NCBI GenBank assembly: GCA_035699445.1
Contig: DASSPX010000031.1
Coordinates: forward strand, 10,570-74,569
Origin: Candidatus Limnocylindrales bacterium
Lineage (GTDB): Bacteria > Chloroflexota > Limnocylindria > Limnocylindrales > CSP1-4
Length of the DNA: 64,000 bases
Direction of reading: 5' to 3'
In this document: one piece after another, positions 1-10,078 of the stretch
Layout: each line of letters begins with the position of its first letter
How positions within the stretch are numbered: the first letter of the stretch is position 1
Translations under genes and position numbers: made by a program
Notes under the pieces: model-generated
The model's input: only the letters and a program-made list of their open reading frames with translations
Told to the model about the DNA's origin: nothing
The model's database searches: none

Positions 1-503
1 ACGACGTCGTGATCGTCACCGGCGGCATCGGGCTCGCACCCCTCCGACCGCTCATCGACGGGGTGCTCGCGCAGCGGGACCGGTTCGACGCCGTTCGCCT
101 CTACTACGGGGCGCGGACCGCCGACGACCAGCTGTATCGCGAGGAGCTGCGCGGCTGGGCGGCGCGGGGCGACATCGACGTGCAGCTCACCGTCGATCGC
201 GCCGGCCCGGAGTGGGCGGGGCCGGTCGGCGTCGTGACGCACCTGTTCGACCGGGCGACCTGGGACGGGTCCCGGTCGCTCGCGTTCGTGTGCGGCCCGG
301 AGCGGATGATGGAGGCGACGGCAGAAGCGCTTGCCGACCACGGGCTCACACCCGACCGGATCTTCTTCACGCTCGAGCGGCACATGGAGTGCGGCATCGG
401 GCTGTGCGGCCACTGCCAGGTGGGGAAGCTCTTCGTGTGCCGTGACGGTCCCGTGTTCTCGCTCGCGCAGCTGGGCGACGTGCTCGGTCGGGAGGGCATC
501 TGA
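1..503 (+). CDS. FAD/NAD(P)-binding, 2Fe-2S oxidoreductase (gamma/diaphorase-type subunit of a soluble group-3-like [NiFe]-hydrogenase); 5' end cut by the window edge
   Basis: ORF track 9..503; the frame stays open to the window edge. C-terminal Cys cluster 'ECGIGLCGHCQVG' is typical of PyrK/hydrogenase-gamma proteins. The stop overlaps the next start (TGATG). Confidence 0.75.
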   Translation, partial: DVVIVTGGIGLAPLRPLIDGVLAQRDRFDAVRLYYGARTADDQLYREELRGWAARGDIDVQLTVDRAGPEWAGPVGVVTHLFDRATWDGSRSLAFVCGPERMMEATAEALADHGLTPDRIFFTLERHMECGIGLCGHCQVGKLFVCRDGPVFSLAQLGDVLGREGI

Positions 504-1387
504 TGACCGCCCGTGCCCGCCCGCGCCTTCGCGTCGGGGTCGTGAAGTTCGCGTCGTGTGACGGCTGCCAGCTCACCCTCCTCGACCTCGAGGACGAGCT
601 GCTCGCGCTGGGTGAGCGGTTCGACATCGTCGAGTTCCCCGAGGCGACGTCCCTCCGCTCCACCGGCCCGTTCGACGTGCTGCTCGTCGAGGGCGCGATC
701 AGCACGCCCGACCAGGCGCGCGAGATCCTCGAGCTGCGGCACCAGGCGACGACGCTCGTGACGATCGGCGCGTGCGCCACGTCCGGCGGCATCCAGGCGC
801 TCCGCAACTGGTCGTCCGAGCCGGCCTTCCGGGCTGCCGTGTATCCCCACCCGGAGTACGTGGATTCCCTGGCCGCCGCCACTCCCGTGTCGGAGCACGT
901 GAAGGTCGACGCCGAGCTCCGCGGCTGCCCGATCAGCACCGACCAGCTCCGCGAGCTGCTCGTCTCGGTCGCGCTCGGCCGGCGACCGCAGATCCGCGAC
1001 GAGGCGGTCTGCCTCGAGTGCAAGCGGCGGGGCACCGTGTGCGTGCTCGTCGCCTCCGGGATCCCGTGCCTCGGGCCGGTCACGCAGGCCGGCTGCGGCG
1101 CGCTGTGTCCGGCATACGCGCGCGGCTGCTACGGCTGCTTCGGCCCGCGGGAGCAGGCGAACAGCCCGTCCCTCGCCCGCTCGTTCGCGCACGGCGGACG
1201 GGAGCCGATCGACGTCGCCAGCCTGTTTGCCGGGTTTACCGGCTGGGCGCCGCCCTTCCGCGCCGTGATCGCCGAGTACGGAGGCCCGCCGGGCCGGACG
1301 CCACCCGACGCCGCCGAGGCGGGCGAGGCCGGATCCGCTCCGGCGTCGACAGCCGCCACCGCCGAAGGAGGCGACGATGCACGGTAG
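503..1387 (+). CDS. [NiFe]-hydrogenase small (delta, NuoB-like) subunit with a Pro/Ala/Gly-rich C-terminal tail
   Basis: N-terminal 'VKFASCDGCQ' motif plus further Cys clusters ('CLECKRRGTVC', 'GCGALCP..GCYGCFGP'). Sits between the gamma-like and large subunits. Confidence 0.8.
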   Translation: MTARARPRLRVGVVKFASCDGCQLTLLDLEDELLALGERFDIVEFPEATSLRSTGPFDVLLVEGAISTPDQAREILELRHQATTLVTIGACATSGGIQALRNWSSEPAFRAAVYPHPEYVDSLAAATPVSEHVKVDAELRGCPISTDQLRELLVSVALGRRPQIRDEAVCLECKRRGTVCVLVASGIPCLGPVTQAGCGALCPAYARGCYGCFGPREQANSPSLARSFAHGGREPIDVASLFAGFTGWAPPFRAVIAEYGGPPGRTPPDAAEAGEAGSAPASTAATAEGGDDAR

Positions 1388-2708
1388 CGGCGTGGTCCCG
1401 CCGGTCGACGGCGACCGCGACTTCGATGTCCCGTACGTCACTCGGGTCGAGGGCGAGGGATCGCTTCGGCTGAAGGTGCGCGGCGGCGAGGTCACCGAGG
1501 CACGGCTGGCAATCTTCGAGGCGCCGCGCTACTTCGAGCGGCTGGTCGTGGGACGGACCGGCGACGAGGTCCTCGACATCGTCGCCCGGATCTGCGGGAT
1601 CTGCCCGATCGCGTACCAGATGACCGCGGTCCGCGCGTTCGAGGACCTGTACCAGGTGCGGGTCGATCCGCAGGTCGGCGCGCTGCGCCGGCTCCTGTAT
1701 GCCGGCGAGTGGATCCAGAGCCACGCGCTCCACGTGTACCTGCTCCACGCCCCGGACTTCCTCGGCTACCCGTCGGCGCTCGCGATGGCGGCGGACCACC
1801 GCGAGCTCGTCGAGCGTGGGCTGCGGCTCAAGAAGCTCGGCAACGCGATCATGGCGCTCCTCGGCGGGCGCGCGATCCACCCGGTGTCGATGCGCATCGG
1901 CGGCTTCTCGCGCGCGCCGCGACCCGCGGAGCTGCTCGCGCTCCGGCCGGCGCTGGACCAGGCGATCGCCGACGCGCAGGCCACCGTCGAGCTCGTCGCT
2001 GGCCTGCCGACGCCGGCACACGACCGCGAGACGCTCATGGTCTCGCTGCGCCACCCGACCGAGTACCCGTTCGCGGACGGGCGGATCGTCGGCACCGACG
2101 GCACGGACGTCGCGCCGGGCGCGTGGGACGCGGCGTTCCGCGAGGAGCACCACGAGGGCTCGAACGCGCTGCACGCGCGGACGCTCGACGGCCGCATGTA
2201 CCTGCTCGGACCCTCGGCACGGATCACGATCGCCGGCGACCAGCTCCACCCGCTCGCCGCCGAGGCCCTCGCGCGGACCGGCCTGGCGGGCGGGATCCGG
2301 ACGAACATCTACCGATCGATCGTCGCCCGTGCGGTCGAGCTCCTGGCCGCGTGCGCGGAGGCGCGGGACCTCGTGGACGGGTACGGGGTGCCCACGCATG
2401 TCCGCGTCGCGCACGCACCGCGGGCGGGCCGGGCGGCGTGGGCCACGGAGGCGCCGCGGGGCCTGATCTTCCACCGCTACGAGGTCGACGAGGCGGGGCG
2501 GGTGCTCGCGGCGCAGATCGTGCCGCCGACGAGCCAGAACCAGGGGTCGATCGAGGCCGACCTCGCGGGGTTCGCGCCGTCGGTCCTCGCGCTGTCGCAT
2601 GCGGAGGCCACGCACCGGCTGGAGCAGCTGATCCGCAGCTACGACCCGTGCATCAGCTGCGCGACGCACTTCCTCGATCTCCGGATCGAGGAGGAGGCTG
2701 GGACATGA
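1377..2708 (+). CDS. [NiFe]-hydrogenase large (alpha) subunit, group-3-like
   Basis: N-terminal Ni-binding motif 'RICGICPIAYQ' and C-terminal 'DPCISCATH'. Overlaps the small-subunit stop by 11 nt. Confidence 0.9.
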   Translation: MHGSGVVPPVDGDRDFDVPYVTRVEGEGSLRLKVRGGEVTEARLAIFEAPRYFERLVVGRTGDEVLDIVARICGICPIAYQMTAVRAFEDLYQVRVDPQVGALRRLLYAGEWIQSHALHVYLLHAPDFLGYPSALAMAADHRELVERGLRLKKLGNAIMALLGGRAIHPVSMRIGGFSRAPRPAELLALRPALDQAIADAQATVELVAGLPTPAHDRETLMVSLRHPTEYPFADGRIVGTDGTDVAPGAWDAAFREEHHEGSNALHARTLDGRMYLLGPSARITIAGDQLHPLAAEALARTGLAGGIRTNIYRSIVARAVELLAACAEARDLVDGYGVPTHVRVAHAPRAGRAAWATEAPRGLIFHRYEVDEAGRVLAAQIVPPTSQNQGSIEADLAGFAPSVLALSHAEATHRLEQLIRSYDPCISCATHFLDLRIEEEAGT

Positions 2709-3199
2709 GTCGCCCGGTGCTCGTCCTCGCGTGCGGTACCCCGGATCGTGGTGACGACGCGGCGGCACTCGACGCGGTCGCGCTGCTCGACCTGCTCGAG
2801 CCGCAGGCGCGTGGACGGGCGACGATCCGGGTCGTGGGCCAGCTCGGCATCGAGCACCTGGCGGAGCGGCCGGATGGCGCGGCCGTGATCGTCGTGGACG
2901 CCGCGGTCGGCCTTCGCCCGGGGACGGTCCGGTTCGTGCCGTTCGCCGGGCTCGCGGGGGGTGCCCGTTCGCCCGTGCCGCGCTCGTCGCACGAGCTGCC
3001 GATCCCCGAGGTCGTCGGGATCGCGGAGATCCTGGGCGGCCCGCTCGATGGCGGCCTGCTCGTCGTGGGCGGCAGCGACTTCGGCCTGGGCCACCCGCTC
3101 TCGCCGGCGGTCGAGGCGGCGATCCCCGAGCTCGCCGACCAGCTCGCCCACGCGATCGAGGACGCCGCCGGTCGCCGCGGCCCCGGAGGAACCGGCTGA
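2705..3199 (+). CDS. hydrogenase maturation endopeptidase (HycI/HoxW-like)
   Basis: Internal ATG at 2705 of ORF 1709..3199 gives a 164-aa protein starting 'MSRPVLVLACGTPDRGDDAAA' (GxxxRGDD motif). ATGA overlap with the large-subunit stop. Confidence 0.8.
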   Translation: MSRPVLVLACGTPDRGDDAAALDAVALLDLLEPQARGRATIRVVGQLGIEHLAERPDGAAVIVVDAAVGLRPGTVRFVPFAGLAGGARSPVPRSSHELPIPEVVGIAEILGGPLDGGLLVVGGSDFGLGHPLSPAVEAAIPELADQLAHAIEDAAGRRGPGGTG

Positions 3200-3462
3200 T
3201 GTGCGTCGGGTATCCGGGTCGGGTGCTGTCGGTGGATGGCGACATGGCGCTCGTGGAGATGGAGCGTCGTCACCGGACGGCCACGACGCTGCTCGCGCCG
3301 GAGACGTCGCCGGGCGACTGGGTCGTCGTCGCCGGCGGCGCCGTCCTGTGCGTCCTCGGTGCCGACGAGGCCGCCGTCATGCGACACCTGCTCGACGAAG
3401 CCACGCGCGCCGAGGCAACCGCGCTCGGCGACGATCCCCTGGAGGCAACACCCGATGCGTGA
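3199..3462 (+). CDS. hypC: hydrogenase assembly chaperone HypC/HupF
   Basis: 87 aa with the invariant N-terminal 'MC' ('MCVGYPGRVLSV'). The start overlaps the previous stop. Confidence 0.85.
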   Translation: MCVGYPGRVLSVDGDMALVEMERRHRTATTLLAPETSPGDWVVVAGGAVLCVLGADEAAVMRHLLDEATRAEATALGDDPLEATPDA

Positions 3463-4399
3463 TCAGCCGACCCTTCTCTCCGAGCGTCGCGGGGTGGTCC
3501 TTGCGCTCGGCACGGCCGCAATCAGCGGGCTGTCCGTGTACGTGAACGCGTTCGGGGTGAAGCTCGTCGCCGACCCGGTCGTGTACACGACCCTCAAGAA
3601 CGCCGTCGCGGCGCTCCTGCTCGTGGCGCTCGCCGTGGCGGCCGGCGGCGCGGGCGAGCTGCGCGGGCTGGACGTGCGGCGTCGAGGCGGACTGATCCTG
3701 ATCGCGGCCATCGGCGGCTCGATCCCGTTCATCCTGTTCTTCAGCGGGCTCGCCGCGGCAACCGCCCCGACGGCCGCGTTCATCCACAAGACGCTGTTCG
3801 TGTGGGTCGCGCTGCTGGCGGTGCCCCTGCTCGGCGAGCGCCTCGGCTGGCTCCAGATCGCGGCCCTTGCGACCCTGCTGCTCGGACAGGTGCTCGTCGC
3901 CCCGCCGAACGGGCTCGGCTGGGGCCCGGGCGAGACGATGATCGCGGCCGCGACGCTCCTATGGTCGGTCGAGGTGGTTGTCGCAAAGCGGCTGCTGGCG
4001 CGGGTCTCGCCGTCACTGCTCGCCGCATCGCGGCTGGGGCTGGGACTGGTGGGTCTGGTGGGGTTCCTCGCCGCGACGGGTCGCCTCGCGGGGCTGGCCG
4101 CGGTGCCGGCCGAGGCGTGGGTATGGGTGATCGCCACGGGCGGCCTGCTCGCCGGGTACGTCGCGACGTGGTACCGCGCACTCCGGCATGCGCGGGCGAC
4201 GACCGTGACGTCCGTGCTGGTCATCGCGGCCGTCGTCACCGCCGCGCTGTCCGCACTGACGAGCGGAACCGCGCCGTCGCCGACCGCCGTCCTCGGCTAC
4301 CTCGTGATCGTCGCGGCCGTGGCTGTCGTGGCCGCGCTCGCGTTCGGGCCGGTCCGGGGCACGGGGCGCGCGCACCGCGCCCTGGCCGGTGATGACTGA
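3455..4399 (+). CDS. EamA/DMT-family membrane transporter
   Basis: ATG at 3455 (residue 74 of ORF 3236..4399). About 10 hydrophobic segments with the duplicated architecture typical of EamA. Overlaps the hypC stop by 8 nt. Confidence 0.75.
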   Translation: MRDQPTLLSERRGVVLALGTAAISGLSVYVNAFGVKLVADPVVYTTLKNAVAALLLVALAVAAGGAGELRGLDVRRRGGLILIAAIGGSIPFILFFSGLAAATAPTAAFIHKTLFVWVALLAVPLLGERLGWLQIAALATLLLGQVLVAPPNGLGWGPGETMIAAATLLWSVEVVVAKRLLARVSPSLLAASRLGLGLVGLVGFLAATGRLAGLAAVPAEAWVWVIATGGLLAGYVATWYRALRHARATTVTSVLVIAAVVTAALSALTSGTAPSPTAVLGYLVIVAAVAVVAALAFGPVRGTGRAHRALAGDD

Positions 4400-5192
4400 C
4401 GGGCTGGCGATCGAGGCGACGCGGTCGTCGGGGGCGACGCACCCTCCGCCGACCGCGCCGTCGGGCCCGGTGCTTTTCGCGCGCTATGCGTACGGTCCGA
4501 ACCGCCTCGGGCTGTGCGGTCCCGATGCGGCCGCCTCGCTGTTCGGCGAGAGCACCGAGGGTGGGGACGAGCGCGAGCTGCGCCGACTGGCGGCCGGCTT
4601 CGATGGGGCATTCCCGTACCTGGAGCTGATCGCGCGCGCAAACGGCATCGCCGACCCACTCGACGCCCGGGTCGTGGATGCCTACTGGCTGGGCAGCAGC
4701 CTGCTGGCGCGGGTCAGCGCGGACGAGCTCGCCTCGTCGCTGGCGGTGCGCTTCCGGCCGCGGCTCGACGAGCCCGCCTGGCGGTGGCTTCGGGCATCGG
4801 CGCCCGCGGGCGCGAAGCCCGTGCACGCGTTCCACGTCCTCGACGTGTTCCCGAAGGTCGGGTTGCTGCGCAGCGGCCACGTGGGACGGGTGGTCGAGAT
4901 GATGGACCGCTGCCGGATCCGGTGGGGTCGCATGCGGGCGCGCGACGGCGACCAGCTCGTGGTCGACGCGGTGCCGCTGGGAATGGTCGACGGCCGCCTG
5001 GCGCTCCTTCCGCCGCGGGTCGAGCGGGTCACGGGCTGGCGGGATGGTCGGGGGTTCGTGAACGACGTCGCGCCGGGCGACGTCGTGTCGATCCACTGGG
5101 ACTGGGCCTGCGAGACGCTCTCGCCGGCACGCCTGCGGCGGCTCGTCGAGTGGACGCGGGGGCAGCTCGAGGTCGCGAACCTGTCGGTCTAG
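4389..5192 (+). CDS. conserved hypothetical protein, translationally coupled to the hydrogenase/hypC/EamA genes
   Basis: 267-aa ORF with a motif-like stretch 'ARYAYGPNRLGLCGP'. The start (ATGATG) overlaps the EamA stop by 11 nt. No family assignment is possible without a search. Confidence 0.6.
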   Translation: MMTDGLAIEATRSSGATHPPPTAPSGPVLFARYAYGPNRLGLCGPDAAASLFGESTEGGDERELRRLAAGFDGAFPYLELIARANGIADPLDARVVDAYWLGSSLLARVSADELASSLAVRFRPRLDEPAWRWLRASAPAGAKPVHAFHVLDVFPKVGLLRSGHVGRVVEMMDRCRIRWGRMRARDGDQLVVDAVPLGMVDGRLALLPPRVERVTGWRDGRGFVNDVAPGDVVSIHWDWACETLSPARLRRLVEWTRGQLEVANLSV

Positions 5193-5257
5193 GGGCGGTG
5201 CGGCCGGGCAAGCCGGCGGTAAGGGCCAGTGAAGCCGCGGCGCCGATCATCCGGCCC

Positions 5258-5912
5258 ATGGCGCGGCGTCCGGCGTCGGTCGATCGTGCCCGCGTGCGCG
5301 GGCAGGAGCTCGTCGTCGGGCTCGGGCGGGAGGCGCGGCTGGGCCGCGTGGATCGCGGGCTGTCGCAGGACGACGTGGCCGCGGCCCTGGGGGTCGACCG
5401 GTCGTGGGTCTCGCGGGTGGAGCGCGGACGCATGGACGACGTCGGCCTCGTGGCAATGTCCGAGCTGCTCGCGGCGGTCGGTCTGGAGCTGTCGGCGCGG
5501 GCCTATCCCGCCGCAGGGCCGGTCCGGACGGGGGGCGCATGGTGACCTGCTCGGACGTCTCCGGACGCGCATCCATCCGTCACTCGGCTGGCAGACGGAG
5601 GTTCCGCTCCCGGGTGTCGGGGAGCTGCGCGCGTGGGACGCGGTGATCAGCGGGCCGGACGGTCGATGCGGCGTCGAGGCGGAGACGCGCCCGACGGACC
5701 TGCAGGCGCTGGAGCGCCGGATCGCCCTGAAGGAGCGCGACGGCGACGTGGCGTGCGTGATCCTCCTGCTCCTCGCGAGCGCGCATAACCGGGCACTCAT
5801 GCGTGCGCACGGCGATGCGCTGGCGGTCCGGTTCCCGAGCTCGGGCCGGGAGGTGCTGGCGCGGCTCGCGCGCGGGAGGCTGCCCCTGGCGAACGGGATC
5901 GTGCTGCTCTGA
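5258..5912 (+). pseudogene. XRE-type HTH protein with a PD-(D/E)xK-like C-terminal domain, interrupted by a frameshift at a G6 run (5530-5535)
   Basis: The HTH part 'LSQDDVAAALGVDRSWVSRVERG' is in frame 2 and ends at 5545. The C-terminal part 'AHGDLLGRLRTRIHPSLGWQTEVPLPG..AWDAVI..VEAETR' continues in frame 0 to 5912. Removing one G from the run joins them. Confidence 0.6.
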
Positions 5913-6159
5913 CGGCCCCCGGGGTGGCCGGCCGTGTGCCCCGTGCGCGCGGCCGGCCGTGTGCCTCTGGCACCACCTGTCGCGTGCACCGGATGGACCG
6001 TGCACAGGGCACACGTCCAACCTCTCGGAAGCCGACACCGGGGCGAATCGGGACCGGTTGTGCACCGTGTGCACGGCTGGTCCGGTCTACCGGATCAGTG
6101 GTGCACCATGCGCACAAGCCTTGTCTGGGGCAGCGGGCCGGAGCGGAACGCCCGCCCCC

Positions 6160-7941
<1,782 letters not shown>

Positions 7942-7974
7942 CGTCTCGTGCCTCCGGAGCTGGCGGCGATCGGA

Positions 7975-9909
7975 TCAGGATGCCGAACCGACGGGCGTCG
8001 GTCGGGCGAGCAGTCGGGTCGCGGCCCGGCGGCGATCGAGCGATCGCCGCTGTTCATGGATGTCGCGCTGGACGAGGAGCAGCCGCTGCACCTCCTCGCG
8101 ATCCCCCCGTCGCTCGGCGTCCGCCTGCTCGTCGGCCAGCCAGGACATCCGTCCGGCGAGCGCATCGAACTCGAGCTCCAGCACGAGGCGCTCGATGTCG
8201 TACGCGAGGTCCCGGTCGTCCAGCTCGCGCGGGCTCGGGCCGCCCCGCGACATCACCGCATCGGCGAGCACGCGCGTCTCGGGGTCGAGCGACTCGCGAA
8301 GCGCCGACACGGAAAGCGGCGGGCGGATGCCGCGGTCGTCCGGTGCGCAGGCGGTGACGATCGCCCGGAACAGCTCCCGGGCCAGCTGCGAGGGCAGCGC
8401 ATCCGGGCCGAGCGCATCGAGCACCCGGTCGTGGGACTCCGGCACGAGCAGCGCGATCCGGAGCAGCTCCGCCTCCTCGGGCGTGATCGCGCGCAGGATG
8501 TCGTCCACGGGCAGCGCATCGGGAGCCGCGAGGACCGCGTCCGCCGTGATCCGCCGGCCGTCACGACCTTCGCGCTGGGGCATCCGCTCGAGTCGCGTGA
8601 GCGACTCGCGCAGGGTGCGCTCCTCGACGCCTGACGCCTGGCGCACTGCGGCGAGGTACGTGTCCCGCATCACGGGGTTGGGCAGGTTCCGGATCGTGGG
8701 CAGGACCGCATCGACGAAGCGGGTCTTGCCGCCGGCCGTGCGCAGGTCGTGGGCGCGGGCATGGACGTCGATCAGGTGGTCGACGATCGGGCGCGCCGTG
8801 CGAACCTCCTCGCGCCACCGGTCGGGCTCGTCCCGGAGCACCTCGTCGGGGTCCTTGCCCTCCGGCAGGCGGACGATCCGCACGTCGTCGAGCTCGACGC
8901 CGCTGTCGTCGCGGGCGAGCTGACGGATGAGCTCCTCGAGCGCGGCCGCACCCAGCGCGCCGGCCTTCTCGCCCGCGGCGTCGACGTCGTACGCGAGCGC
9001 GATCCGCGTCGTGTACCGGGTGAGCAGGCCGACCTGCTGCGGCGTCAGCGCCGTGCCGAGCGAGGCGACGACGTTCTCGAAGCCCGCCTGGTGCGCCATG
9101 AGCGCGTCCGTATAGCCCTCGACGATCACCGCCTGGTCGGCCTTGCGCATCGCGGACTTCGCGCGGTCGATGAGGTACAGCGTGCGGCTCTTGTCGAAGA
9201 TCGGCGTGGCGGGGGAGTTCAGATACTTCGGACCTTCGCCGTCGCGGTCCTCTCCCGGCAGGATGCGCCCGCCCATCCCGACCGCGTGACCGGAGAGATC
9301 CCGGATCGGGAACATCACCCGGTTCCGGAAATAGTCGTAGGCCCCGCCGCCGCGCTGCCGCGGACGCGCCAGGCCCACCTCGATCAGCTCGCCCGCGTCG
9401 ACCTGCCGCTTCGCCGCGAGTTGCCGGACGAGGTGGTCCCAGCCGTTGGGAGCGAACCCGAGCTGGTGGGTGGCGATCGTCGCGTCCGTGAAGCCACGCC
9501 CACGGAGGTAGTCGAGCGCGGGCTGGCCCGCCTTCGAGCCCGTGAGGACCGCGTGGTAGAACGCGACGGCCGCCTCCATCACGTCGCGTCGGCGTGCGTT
9601 GCGGATGTCCTCGCGCGAGCGCCGCTCGTCGAGCTCCACGCCGGCGCGCGGGGCGAGCAGCCGGATGGCCTCGGGAAACGACAGTCCGTCGCGCTCCATG
9701 ACGAACGTGAAGATGTCGCCGTGCTTGCCGCAGCCGAAGCAGTGCCACGTCCCGCGGACGGGGGTCACGGTGAACGACGGAGTCTTCTCGCCGTGGAACG
9801 GGCACAGCCCCTTCAGGATGGATCCCGCCTTCCGCAGGGTGACCGTCTCGCCGACGATCTCCTCGACGGGCAGGCGGGCCTTGATCTCGGCGCTCGCGGA
9901 AGCGGCCAA
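7975..9909 (-). CDS. dnaG: DNA primase DnaG
   Basis: Zn-finger 'CPFHGEKTPSFTV..WHCFGCGKHGD' and TOPRIM 'VIVEGYTDAL'. The longest ORF starts at 9972, but TTG at 9909 preceded by GGAGCAGGAGA gives a canonical N-terminus ('AASASAEIKARLPVEEIV'). Confidence 0.9.
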   Translation of the reverse strand: MAASASAEIKARLPVEEIVGETVTLRKAGSILKGLCPFHGEKTPSFTVTPVRGTWHCFGCGKHGDIFTFVMERDGLSFPEAIRLLAPRAGVELDERRSREDIRNARRRDVMEAAVAFYHAVLTGSKAGQPALDYLRGRGFTDATIATHQLGFAPNGWDHLVRQLAAKRQVDAGELIEVGLARPRQRGGGAYDYFRNRVMFPIRDLSGHAVGMGGRILPGEDRDGEGPKYLNSPATPIFDKSRTLYLIDRAKSAMRKADQAVIVEGYTDALMAHQAGFENVVASLGTALTPQQVGLLTRYTTRIALAYDVDAAGEKAGALGAAALEELIRQLARDDSGVELDDVRIVRLPEGKDPDEVLRDEPDRWREEVRTARPIVDHLIDVHARAHDLRTAGGKTRFVDAVLPTIRNLPNPVMRDTYLAAVRQASGVEERTLRESLTRLERMPQREGRDGRRITADAVLAAPDALPVDDILRAITPEEAELLRIALLVPESHDRVLDALGPDALPSQLARELFRAIVTACAPDDRGIRPPLSVSALRESLDPETRVLADAVMSRGGPSPRELDDRDLAYDIERLVLELEFDALAGRMSWLADEQADAERRGDREEVQRLLLVQRDIHEQRRSLDRRRAATRLLARPTPVGSAS

Positions 9910-9973
9910 CCGGTCTCCTGCTCCCCGGGGCGGATGCCCCTTCCTCGTCCGGCGACGGCCCGGAACGACCAAG

Positions 9974-9996
9974 GGCCTGTCAAGTCCTGACAGGCC
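9974..9996 (-). terminator. perfect 9-bp stem / 5-nt loop hairpin between the ptsI 3' end and the dnaG 5' end
   Basis: GGCCTGTCA-agtcc-TGACAGGCC. Lies ~85 nt downstream of the ptsI stop. No clear U-tract. Confidence 0.4.
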
Positions 9997-10078
9997 ACGC
10001 CCGGAGAGCCTATCCCGTCGGGACCCTCCGTCAAGCGGCTCCAGGTCCTGCCCCTCACCCCTGACGGATCGGGGATCG

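Noticed and set aside
1377-2708. Possible selenocysteine ([NiFeSe]) or frameshift in the hydrogenase large subunit
   Set aside because: The ORF is uninterrupted, and the C-terminal motif is DPCISCATH with Cys at both positions. There is no in-frame TGA.
104-3245. Long minus-strand ORFs (104..1495, 463 aa; 1236..3245, 669 aa) opposite the hydrogenase genes
   Set aside because: They are Arg/Pro/Ala-rich low-complexity translations typical of antisense frames in very GC-rich DNA. The plus-strand frames carry unmistakable hydrogenase motifs.
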